Below are positions 22,560-30,373 of a stretch of 31,448 nt of DNA, piece by piece. The position numbers were made by a program, and so were the translations under genes. Below the pieces are notes generated by a model. It did not search any database. It worked only from the letters and a program-made list of their open reading frames with translations, and had not been told where the DNA came from. Within the stretch, counting starts at the first letter, position 1; the number at the start of each line of letters is the position of its first letter. This stretch comes from a virus. Taxonomy: Duplodnaviria > Caudoviricetes. The stretch is from positions 1 through 31,448 of the IMG/VR virus record IMGVR_UViG_3300012971_000060. One strand, 5' to 3'.

Positions 22560-22937
22560 ATGCCCAAAACAGACGGCAGATTTAGACACGGGTATGCTAC
22601 AAAGAAAAACGAACATCCGCTTTACGCAACTTGGGAAGCTATGCGCTCTCGATGTAACAATCCAAACTCTACGGGCTACGTTGATTATGGCGGTCGCGGC
22701 ATAAAAATATGTGACCGTTGGAATAAATTTGAAAATTTTCTGGCTGATGTCGGTGAGCGTCCACCTAATCATACAGCTGATCGAATCGACACTGATAAAG
22801 ATTATGCTCCTGAAAATTTTCGATGGGCTACCCCCGAAGAACAAGCCCAAAGTAAACGACCAATCCGCACCAAACTCAGTCAATTCAGCACTGCCGAACT
22901 TTTGGTTGAATTGCTGCGTCGAGAAATTCACGGCTGA
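22560..22937 (+). CDS. HNH-family homing endonuclease-like protein, antisense to the operon and possibly degenerate
   Basis: W..MRSRC.NP...YGGRGIKIC.RW..FENFLAD.GERP...DRID...Y.PEN.RWAT..EQ signature; AT-rich. Confidence 0.85.
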   Translation: MPKTDGRFRHGYATKKNEHPLYATWEAMRSRCNNPNSTGYVDYGGRGIKICDRWNKFENFLADVGERPPNHTADRIDTDKDYAPENFRWATPEEQAQSKRPIRTKLSQFSTAELLVELLRREIHG

Positions 22938-23317
22938 CTGACTCCTTGAATAACGCGCAAGGAACCATGCATTAGCACTGTGCGGATCGCCGGCGTAGAG
23001 CCATCGAACATAATTAAATCGTAGACATACATTCCAGGATTCAAAGCAGCCTGGATAATTGCCGGCGCGACATTGAGATGGATAACTCTTAAATTTATAT
23101 CGTCGACAATGATTTGTCCATTTGCTGTCGTAGGATTCAGCAACGGCGTGGCCTGATAACGATCGATCTTGATTTCCATCTCCCAGTTAAAAGTAAGCTG
23201 CCAAGTAAAATCTCCCGGTTGCCCAAACTGAAACGCATCCTGCCAAGTCGTGCCATTACCGATAACGATATTCACTTCGGCCGAGGTCGCGCTTTGGTTC
23301 TGATCCCACGACATCAT
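22928..23317 (-). CDS. Tail-associated Ig/BppU-N-like protein
   Basis: Pattern G.TW...F...G.YVYDL...LMHG; located between the adaptor and fibre genes. Confidence 0.5.
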   Translation of the reverse strand: MMSWDQNQSATSAEVNIVIGNGTTWQDAFQFGQPGDFTWQLTFNWEMEIKIDRYQATPLLNPTTANGQIIVDDINLRVIHLNVAPAIIQAALNPGMYVYDLIMFDGSTPAIRTVLMHGSLRVIQGVSQP

Positions 23318-23977
23318 TTACCTCGGCGTCGGAGTCGGATGGACGTTGAACGTGCTCACGCCACCCTTCTGGCTCGTCACTCGGAACTGCTGCGGATATG
23401 CCCACGCCTGTGCACCAACAGTATTCGCACGCATCGATGCGACACGCGCATGCGCAATTCCGTCACGAAATTTCGTTTGATGAAAATTGGATAGCTGGGC
23501 ATTGCTATAGCTATTTCCCGGCTGCAACATCATATTGCCCAGCACGCCGTGCAACAGCACGATATGATGCTTCGGCAACAACCAATCAGGAATGTTTGGC
23601 GGAAAACACTTCAACGGATCAGTGACGGTTTTTACCACGTACACCGACATCGGCTGCACTTGGGAATACGCATAGATAAACTGCACCGAACCGAGATCGT
23701 CCGACATAACCGCCGGCTGCGGAGTGTTGTATTGATTGAGCACCCCCAACAACCGTAATACCCGTCCACCTTCAATCGGCATGACCGCATAATCGAGTGT
23801 GTCTGGCGTGACCATGACCTTGATCACTTCACGCCAGCAATTCGAGCCATCAAAAAATTCGGTCAGCACATCGAACAGCTGCGCACGCAACGCTGCACTC
23901 GACGCTCCAGTCAACGGCACCTGCGCCTGACCATACAACTGCGCCCAATAACGATCGATCTCGTCTTCATCGCTCAT
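23318..23977 (-). CDS. Putative head-tail adaptor/tail tubular protein A
   Basis: EFFDGSNCWRE and GVLGNMMLQPG.SYSN motifs; second gene after the capsid. Confidence 0.6.
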   Translation of the reverse strand: MSDEDEIDRYWAQLYGQAQVPLTGASSAALRAQLFDVLTEFFDGSNCWREVIKVMVTPDTLDYAVMPIEGGRVLRLLGVLNQYNTPQPAVMSDDLGSVQFIYAYSQVQPMSVYVVKTVTDPLKCFPPNIPDWLLPKHHIVLLHGVLGNMMLQPGNSYSNAQLSNFHQTKFRDGIAHARVASMRANTVGAQAWAYPQQFRVTSQKGGVSTFNVHPTPTPR

Positions 23978-24426
23978 CGATCGCCTCGTTTACCGCTGGG
24001 TGGCGAACCACCAGTCACCACACCGATAGCGTGACCGATCAATCCAGCTGAGAACAAACTCAGGAATGCCGACGCTCTGGCGTCCTGATAATCCTCCTGA
24101 TCGCGCTCGAGTGCGTGACCTACCAACCCATGCACGAGAGCCAAACGAAACTGCGGCTCCATGTCGACATAAGTGTTATCGACTGCATTGAACGCTTGCG
24201 TCTGTCCACTGACCTTCAGATTGAAAACAAACAGATCCGATCGCAGTCGACGCGCTTCCAGCAGCGTCAAATTGAGCGCCATCAGCAGCGAGGGATCTTC
24301 GTAACGAAAAGGCTCAACTTTATCCTGCAGGAGAATACGCGCTTCGGTGATGTAGTCAGCGACAGTGTTCAGCGTCGGCTGATCCTGATCGCTGAAATCG
24401 CCGAAATATGATGGAGATGTCGCCAC
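23974..24426 (-). CDS. Putative head completion/adaptor protein
   Basis: ARILLQD...RY.D..L...LN......RRLR.DLF pattern; directly after the capsid; GTG start with SD AGGAG. Confidence 0.55.
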   Translation of the reverse strand: MATSPSYFGDFSDQDQPTLNTVADYITEARILLQDKVEPFRYEDPSLLMALNLTLLEARRLRSDLFVFNLKVSGQTQAFNAVDNTYVDMEPQFRLALVHGLVGHALERDQEDYQDARASAFLSLFSAGLIGHAIGVVTGGSPPSGKRGDR

Positions 24427-24463
24427 CCTAGGCTCCTCTCCGAAGGAACCTAGGGCGCGCTTC

Positions 24464-24478
24464 TTAAGATTTGCTTAA
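24464..24478 (-). promoter_or_regulatory. Perfect TTAA-N7-TTAA (CtrA-like) box ahead of a 12-bp SD/start-sequestering hairpin (24426-24455)
   Basis: ttaagatttgcttaa lies between the capsid stop and the next gene. Confidence 0.6.
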
Positions 24479-24480
24479 GC

Positions 24481-26177
24481 TTAACCACCCGAGATGACCT
24501 GAGCCTGACAGAGCGCGGTGTTATCGACGATTTGATAACCGTAGACTTGCAGACCGCGCAAAATCTGACCGAAGGTCAATTCGGATCGCAGCGTCTCCAC
24601 CTTGGAGATCTGCGACGCGAACGTCAGCGCATGGGCGTGTCCAGCATAGACCGGCGCCTCACCAGCAGCGAAGTTGGTTGCGTCCGTCGCGCTACTCGGC
24701 AACAAGTTCGAGATGTAGATCGTGAACCTGTCGACTTCACCAAGCCGTCCATTTCGCAGCATCGAGACCGGATCACCAGAGAGGTAAGCTTGTCTCAATT
24801 CTGACTGCTTGATTTGTCGTCCGGCCCACGAAGGCATCACCACCCAGCGTCCGACCTCGGGAATATTCATCTCGTCGAGGCATTGTCCGAGACGAAGCAG
24901 AACGTCGATGATTTCCACCTGACCGGCAGTCGGATTACGCCCGACTGTCGTGATTGGCGTGCCCTTGATACCAAGATTGATGTTACCGCTGATGTTGCCA
25001 GCAGTCGCACCTTTATTCTTGGCATTAGCACCACCGACGATACCGCCGAGCACATCGCGATCGACCGTGATTTTCAATTGTTGTGCGGCGTCATCGCTCC
25101 ACATGCTGAGGATATTCAAATCGCTTTGAACCTCCATGACGTCGTCGAGGATCAGCGAGAAGTACTTACCGTTACCGATATAGAGCTCCACGCTGTTACC
25201 GGAGGGGCGATCAAGACCAAGCAAACCGTCGGCCAGATAATCGCGGATCTGAATCGTCGGCTTTGTTCTGATCTTGACACGATCGCCCATATTGGCGATT
25301 TCGCCTTCGTAATCGGTGTTTGATATCGCCGCAAGCACGGTGCTCGCGTAAAACTTTTCAACCAGTTTTGCTGACCAAATTTCCGTTCTGTTACTACGCG
25401 GTCAGCACCCGCGTTAGACTTGGTGTTACCCAAGCGAGACAGCCATTTCTGCTGTCTTCTCCATGTCACCATGAAGGCCGGACTGTCGCATCAAAGAAGC
25501 AATTCGCTTCATTGCCCTCTCGCTCAGTCTCTGCGGGTCCACCTTCATAGCGCGCAACTCTTCAGCAAAAGCTGCACGCGCCTGCTCCATCCCCACATAA
25601 CCGGCAGTGGTAAAGCGGCCAGACGCATTGTCCAACCACCACAACACGAGTTTTGCCTGTTCTGCTTTCAGGATCAGGTGAGGAAGGATCAAATTCAGAA
25701 AACGACGAATATCATCGCCACTTAGCCATTCAAGCGACCAACTACTTTGCTGGTTCTGCTTACCCTTGCGGGTTAAAATATGGCCTCCGAATTTGGCATG
25801 AAGCTGATCTGCCAAATAGCGAGCACTGTCCGTCATGCACATACGAACTCGCGGTCGCACGTACAATCTTGGCCTGCTCACTTTTGGATACATCCGCTGC
25901 ACGTCAATACACCCTTCGCCATCGAAGAGACCAGCTAAGTATTCCGGGGTCATTTATACCACCATATTGGAATAAACTTAGCATGGTTTAGTGGTTCCCT
26001 CGGGTTACGTCAAGGACGCGTTCCCGGTGTTCAGAGAGGGTTTTACATCCCCAAAAATTACTTACGGCTAGGGATGAAGCCAGTCGCCTGCAAGGTATTT
26101 GCAGTCGAGCCAACAGGAGTAAGGGGAGGACTGGTACCGCTGGTAGCGATACCAAAGCCAGTGGTCGGAATAGGCAT
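24481..26177 (-). CDS. Major capsid protein, spliced (exon 1 26177-26070, exon 2 25383-24481; 336 aa)
   Basis: Joining the exons restores ...TGFIP|EIWSAKLVEKFYASTVLAAISNTDYEGEI.N.GD.V.I..., a typical HK97-fold capsid N-terminus. C-terminus has GLQVYG. Follows the scaffold gene. Confidence 0.9.
25384..26069 (-). ncRNA. Group I self-splicing intron (686 nt) in the major capsid gene
   Basis: P1: exon CAUCCCU pairs with the IGS GGGGAUG (26046-26052), with U.G at the 5' splice site. P10: AAUUUU with exon 2 GAAAUU. P3: CCCUCUC/GAGAGGG. P7: GACUG/CAGUC within R-like CAGAGACUG and S-like GAUGCGACAGUCC. P9 has a GUGA tetraloop. Terminal G at 25384. Confidence 0.92.
25426..25953 (-). CDS. Intron-encoded single-motif LAGLIDADG homing endonuclease
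   Basis: YLAGLFDGEGCI motif and ILPHLILKAEQA. Confidence 0.9.
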   Translation of the reverse strand: MTPEYLAGLFDGEGCIDVQRMYPKVSRPRLYVRPRVRMCMTDSARYLADQLHAKFGGHILTRKGKQNQQSSWSLEWLSGDDIRRFLNLILPHLILKAEQAKLVLWWLDNASGRFTTAGYVGMEQARAAFAEELRAMKVDPQRLSERAMKRIASLMRQSGLHGDMEKTAEMAVSLG

Positions 26178-26181
26178 CGAA

Positions 26182-26205
26182 GTAGTCCCTATGCATGGGG
26201 ACTAC
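26182..26205 (-). promoter_or_regulatory. Hairpin sequestering the capsid gene RBS
   Basis: mRNA GUAGUCCC...GGGACUAC (8 perfect bp) covers the SD-like GGGA just upstream of AUG 26177. Confidence 0.55.
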
Positions 26206-26240
26206 CCCGCGATCTTAGCTAGACAGGCGCAGCCCCCGGT

Positions 26241-27350
26241 TTACCGGATGCGCCCTTCTCGTCCAGCTGCAATGATCTCAGCATCCTGCCGCGCCCACTC
26301 GGCCTCACGGCCGACGTAAGCACCTTTGCGATGCGCATCATACAACTGCTTGATCTGAGCGCGTGAATAAATGGGCTTTTCAGTGGGCAACGAAGTGTCA
26401 CCACCAGTCGCCGGTCTTGCCCGTCCAGGGGCCGCTAGGGAGGCCAGGGGTACCGCCGCTTCCCGTGGGGGCGCTTGCCCTGTGGGTGTCGACGCTGGCG
26501 CCTCGATGTGGCCTGTGGCGGCTTCCTCTTGCTTGAAGCCGTTGAAGAACGAAATTACGCGGTGGGCCGAAGCTGTCGCGATAGCATCGTTCAACAGCGT
26601 CTGTCTAACACGTCCAGATAAAACGTCAATCCCGAGCAGCCATCGGTGCCAGCGCGGATTGCGGTCGATCTCACGAAAATCCGGCACCGCCTGCTCGACC
26701 ATCTGATCAAGACTACGCCGACGTTCATCGGCCACTTGACGGCGAAGAAGGGCGTTCTGCTCCTCGATCTCCTGGATCTTGGGCGCGACCATCTCCATCG
26801 CCGCCCGCTTGCTCATATCGAGCAAATCTCTGCCGTAATTCTGCTCGTCTTCCGGCGTCAGGTATTGCGGCGGGGGCGTAACCGCGGCGCCTGGTTGTCG
26901 CTCTCGCGGGGCTCTGGGGGCTTGCTGCTGGTTGTGCTGCAAATGCAGGAGCTCGCTCCCCAGCTGCTCCAACTGCACCTGCATCTCGCCGATTGTCTTA
27001 TTCAGCGCCGTATTTTGACCCTGCATCCGAACGAACTTGAGCTTCCAGCTATCCGAATTTTCATCTTCGGGCGGGGGAGGAGGAGAAACTGCAGGTGCCG
27101 ATGGGGCTGGAGTCGTGGTAGACGGCGGGACCACCGGCACCTGCTCTGCAACCGGAGTCTCAGGGGGGCTGGGTAGCTCCGGCGGCTTTACTTCAGATGA
27201 GGGCTGGGTTTGGGGCGACTCACCTGAAGTATCTGCATGAGCATACAACGCATCGACTGCCGCTGCACGATCGCGTACTGCCTTGGGGATAACTTCTGGA
27301 TCGTAAGGCAGCTTCGGCATCGATTTCTGATCGACGACAACATCAACCAT
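26241..27350 (-). CDS. Putative capsid scaffolding protein
   Basis: Pro-rich N-terminus, coiled coil, C-terminal I.AA.REGRIR; immediately upstream of the capsid gene. Confidence 0.7.
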   Translation of the reverse strand: MVDVVVDQKSMPKLPYDPEVIPKAVRDRAAAVDALYAHADTSGESPQTQPSSEVKPPELPSPPETPVAEQVPVVPPSTTTPAPSAPAVSPPPPPEDENSDSWKLKFVRMQGQNTALNKTIGEMQVQLEQLGSELLHLQHNQQQAPRAPRERQPGAAVTPPPQYLTPEDEQNYGRDLLDMSKRAAMEMVAPKIQEIEEQNALLRRQVADERRRSLDQMVEQAVPDFREIDRNPRWHRWLLGIDVLSGRVRQTLLNDAIATASAHRVISFFNGFKQEEAATGHIEAPASTPTGQAPPREAAVPLASLAAPGRARPATGGDTSLPTEKPIYSRAQIKQLYDAHRKGAYVGREAEWARQDAEIIAAGREGRIR

Positions 27351-27555
27351 TTTTTGCCCTCTCTAAAGCGTCCACGATCACCTTACACTGCTGCGCATGT
27401 CCCTGCGCATTGTGCAGATTCTCGGTTGTCAGGACCATCGTCTCGTATTGACGATCGGTGTAAGCAACGAACTCAGCGAAAAAATCCGCAAATTGCTGGG
27501 GTGCAGCATTGCGGAGAAAACGCGCTCGTTTGGTGAGTTCTTCTGTTGTGCTCAT
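27343..27555 (-). CDS. Hypothetical 70-aa protein
   Basis: Overlaps both neighbouring genes; AQGHAQ motif. Confidence 0.7.
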   Translation of the reverse strand: MSTTEELTKRARFLRNAAPQQFADFFAEFVAYTDRQYETMVLTTENLHNAQGHAQQCKVIVDALERAKNG

Positions 27556-27872
27556 TCACTGTCGTCTTCAGGCGGTTGCCCAATTCCAAACGGAGGCATC
27601 AGTGCCGATGGCGCACGAGGTGCCTGTTCACCCATCGGCACGGGAGGACTTGGAACGGATAAATCGTCCGCATCGGGCTCGCCCATATCCGGCGGCGGTG
27701 GCGCCGGCTTGGGATAGCGGTTCTGCGCGCTTTGGAACGGATTGCCTCCGGTCAGCTGCTCATCGCCACCTGGAGCTCGCCGCTGTTCAGTTGCGCCCTT
27801 GCCAACATGCTTGGTGATCCCACCGCGTCCGATCGGGGTGAGGTCCTTCTTAAATGGTCTACGGACTGCCAT
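27552..27872 (-). CDS. Hypothetical Pro-rich 106-aa protein
   Basis: SD AGGAGG before ATG 27872 (MAVRRPFKK). Confidence 0.65.
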   Translation of the reverse strand: MAVRRPFKKDLTPIGRGGITKHVGKGATEQRRAPGGDEQLTGGNPFQSAQNRYPKPAPPPPDMGEPDADDLSVPSPPVPMGEQAPRAPSALMPPFGIGQPPEDDSE

Positions 27873-28074
27873 AAGGTTTGAATCCTCCTGCAAAGCCGAT
27901 GCCGGCCCCGCGCACGCCCATATCCGGACCGCTCGAGTACGGCGTGGAGCCTTTGCCATAGACACGCGTAGAGACAGGTTTGATCCGAGGAGGCGCCAAC
28001 ACTGCCTTGTTGGGATCAGGCATTGCGGGCGGTGCCACCGGCACGCGCGGCGGCCGCATCATGGGTGGCGCCAT
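27859..28074 (-). CDS. Hypothetical Pro-rich 71-aa protein
   Basis: TGATG coupling to the upstream gene. Confidence 0.6.
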   Translation of the reverse strand: MAPPMMRPPRVPVAPPAMPDPNKAVLAPPRIKPVSTRVYGKGSTPYSSGPDMGVRGAGIGFAGGFKPYGSP

Positions 28075-28319
28075 CAGCGTGCTCCTGTCTGTCCCGCCTT
28101 CGCCGGCACCGATGGATTAAACCCGAACATCTTGGTCGAGCCGCCTTCGGCATACTTTGCCCCTGGCGCAGACGACTGATCCTTGCCGGTGTTTCCAGGC
28201 TTATCCGGCCCTGCTGCCTGTTGCTTGAACATCGGCGTGTCGCCGCCTTCGGCGAACTCGACGTCGTGCTGGGCTTCTTTCTTCGTCTTGTTAACGCTGA
28301 GCTTGTTCGCGGCAGCCAT
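28074..28319 (-). CDS. Small protein with two [FY]AEGG.T.MF motifs
   Basis: SD GGAGG; internal repeat FAEGGDTPMF / YAEGGSTKMF. Confidence 0.7.
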   Translation of the reverse strand: MAAANKLSVNKTKKEAQHDVEFAEGGDTPMFKQQAAGPDKPGNTGKDQSSAPGAKYAEGGSTKMFGFNPSVPAKAGQTGAR

Positions 28320-28325
28320 AAAAAA

Positions 28326-28357
28326 TCCTCCACGAAGTTGGATCTCACCGTGGAGGA
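28326..28357 (-). promoter_or_regulatory. 9-bp hairpin plus U6 that occludes the SD of the 28319 gene (possible terminator/attenuator)
   Basis: mRNA UCCUCCACG-N14-CGUGGAGGA-UUUUUU-AUG. Confidence 0.55.
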
Positions 28358-28373
28358 AGTTAGGCGCTAAATC

Positions 28374-28388
28374 TTAAGAAATGCTTAA
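28374..28388 (-). promoter_or_regulatory. Perfect TTAA-N7-TTAA (CtrA-like) box
   Basis: ttaagaaatgcttaa in the intergenic gap after the MTase gene. Confidence 0.6.
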
Positions 28389-28390
28389 GG

Positions 28391-28966
28391 TCAGTCCCAC
28401 GAAATCCGATCGATGATCGTCGGACCTTTATGTTTTCTCTCCCATACATACCAGGCAAACGGCATCGCGCTCGAAGACTTCGGACCGTCCCAACCCTTAC
28501 GATGCATCATCGGTAAGCGATTGCGGAACACATGAATGCGCGCAAGACCAGCATTCTCCAAAATGTCAGTACGCTTGACGCTCTCGAGGAACGCCAGCCG
28601 CAGCAACATGACCACCTTCGGACAGAAGTAGAGCGCTTTTTCAACGAACGCTTCTGCTAACTGATACGGCGGATTGGTCACGATCGCCACGCGGTTGATT
28701 TTGGATATCGGCACCTGCACCGACAAAAAATCCTCTATTGCATGCTCCCAACCATAGTCCAGAAGATCCGAGGCAAAGACCGTGTGTCCGTGATCACGGA
28801 GAACCTGGACAATCGCGCCTGGGCCGCACGCCGGTTCCCAGATATAATGAGGAAGACTCTCGACACGCAGGAGCGCCTCAGTGGCGCAAGGTGGGGTCTC
28901 GTAACAATCATCACCACGATCCTTGTAAGAATGCTGGCCTGCCTGAGCGGATTTATCGAGCATCAC
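28391..28966 (-). CDS. Small orphan SAM-dependent amino (probably N6-adenine) DNA methyltransferase
   Basis: Motif I WEPACGPG, motif IV TNPPY, and N-terminal D.YETP. Confidence 0.85.
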   Translation of the reverse strand: MMLDKSAQAGQHSYKDRGDDCYETPPCATEALLRVESLPHYIWEPACGPGAIVQVLRDHGHTVFASDLLDYGWEHAIEDFLSVQVPISKINRVAIVTNPPYQLAEAFVEKALYFCPKVVMLLRLAFLESVKRTDILENAGLARIHVFRNRLPMMHRKGWDGPKSSSAMPFAWYVWERKHKGPTIIDRISWD

Positions 28967-29190
28967 GCCGGCCCCACGTATCCAGGGATCCAGAGACTTT
29001 TTAACCCAGCCACGACACCACCGCTATCCTGAACTGTCTTGAACTGACCCGGCGACCCAGCACCAGAAGCTCCGGAGATCTGCGTCGCCGGCGTTTGACA
29101 GCCGGTCGGTCCCGTGAAATTGGCTGAGATATTGACCGTCGGCAGTTGCCCTTGACCGGTAGGGCCCGCAACAACGACAAAAGTCGCCAT
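28963..29190 (-). CDS. Hypothetical 75-aa protein with GPTG motifs
   Basis: Stop overlaps the MTase start; begins MATFVVVAGPTG. Confidence 0.6.
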   Translation of the reverse strand: MATFVVVAGPTGQGQLPTVNISANFTGPTGCQTPATQISGASGAGSPGQFKTVQDSGGVVAGLKSLWIPGYVGPA

Positions 29191-29311
29191 GATTATCGCG
29201 CCTTTGCAGCGGAGGGAGCGCCCAGGAGCTAACCCCCTCCGCCTCTACCTTCCACATCGTACGCTGCAGAAGAAGCCAAGGCTTCTTCGTTACAATTATC
29301 GTCTGCGTCTT

Positions 29312-29932
29312 CTACGCCCTTTTGGAGGGCGTCGGAACGCCCGGATGCTCCTCTGATGGTACGACTGCCACACCCCATCCGGTAGCTGGGGACCAATAAG
29401 TCTTCACGTCCCAATTCTCCAGCACCTCCGGCTTTTCATCCGGTGGACTGCCAGGCGGTGGGAGTTCGATCGGATGCGTAGGAACCCCAGGCACCCCGCT
29501 GCTCGGTGGGATATAAATCGGATGCTCTGGTTTCCCACCGGGAAGCGTTCCAGGCGGCAAATAAATTGGTGGAGTTGGCATCGGCACGCCACCGCCGCCC
29601 CAGATGCCGAGCGGAGGCTGCGGCAGTGGGTAACCGATTTGCGGAGGTGCCCCACCCCAAATTCCAGGAGGTGGTCCGCCGGGCGCGATTGGATGCCCCA
29701 TGATTGGAAGATTGCCACCGCCCCAGATGCCGAGCGGAGGCTGCGGCAGTGGGTAACCGATCTGTGGAGGAGCGCCGCCCCAAATTCCGGGAGGCGGACC
29801 GCCGGGTGCAATTGGATGTCCCATGACCGGCAAGTTGCCACCGCCCCAGATGCCGAGCGGTGGTTGCGGCAATGGATAGCCGACGCTCAACCCCGGATCG
29901 ATGATCGTAATCAATGCCAGATGTGTAGGCAT
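29312..29932 (-). CDS. Pro/Gly-rich repeat protein
   Basis: SD AGGAG; GIWGG and HPI repeats; C-terminal WSPATGW. Confidence 0.75.
   Translation of the reverse strand: MPTHLALITIIDPGLSVGYPLPQPPLGIWGGGNLPVMGHPIAPGGPPPGIWGGAPPQIGYPLPQPPLGIWGGGNLPIMGHPIAPGGPPPGIWGGAPPQIGYPLPQPPLGIWGGGGVPMPTPPIYLPPGTLPGGKPEHPIYIPPSSGVPGVPTHPIELPPPGSPPDEKPEVLENWDVKTYWSPATGWGVAVVPSEEHPGVPTPSKRA
29590..29882. repeat. 123-nt (41-aa) coding tandem repeat, about 2.4 copies
   Basis: cagatgccgagcgg recurs at 29601, 29724 and 29847. Confidence 0.9.
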
Positions 29933-30018
29933 TTTTCAGTCTCCTAGGCTGGTTGCCAGCGAACCCGGCTGGCGCGGGTACTCAGCATTATGACAAAGCA
30001 CACGACAGTTCCATGACT

Positions 30019-30369
30019 CTACCGAACTTTTTCTTGCTCGATATCTCGCTTGTGCGCCTCGATCTTGTCTCTTGTCGCCGCATAGGCTTTGCGACTTTGG
30101 TTCATCCCAACGATCAACCTGTGAGGTTGACCAGTGTCATCCCGCATCCAAATTCTGAACAAATGGGTGACGTTTTCCCTATAGGCGTCATCCAGTCCCT
30201 CGATCTCCAACTCCACTAGGCGAGCATCCCATTTAGTCGTCATTCGCGATGGCAATGTCTCAGCATCCGCTTTGTCCCAGGCACCGGTGAAATATCCAAA
30301 CAGCGCCAGCGCAAACAGAACGACGAGCACGATGACCACGATCAACGCGATACGATGCGAAAGCTTCAT
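30019..30369 (-). CDS. Membrane-anchored protein next to the endolysin (possible spanin/holin-type lysis accessory)
   Basis: ATG 30369; one N-terminal hydrophobic helix (IALIVVIVLVVLFALALFGYF) followed by a helical domain. Confidence 0.5.
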   Translation of the reverse strand: MKLSHRIALIVVIVLVVLFALALFGYFTGAWDKADAETLPSRMTTKWDARLVELEIEGLDDAYRENVTHLFRIWMRDDTGQPHRLIVGMNQSRKAYAATRDKIEAHKRDIEQEKVR

Positions 30370-30373
30370 TTCT

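Noticed and set aside
25952-25958. TATAAAT resembling a T4 late promoter before the LAGLIDADG ORF
   Set aside because: It overlaps the start codon, is a single occurrence, and there is no sign of a T4-like system.
22457-26182. Identical 14-mer (aataggcatcgaag) spanning the start codons of the capsid gene (26169-26182) and a fibre gene (22457-22470)
   Set aside because: A 14-nt match somewhere in 31 kb is expected by chance; it was used only as weak support for the 22465 start.
29229-29414. Short ORFs overlapping the 29191-29311 gap
   Set aside because: No convincing SD or start codon; they overlap better-supported genes.
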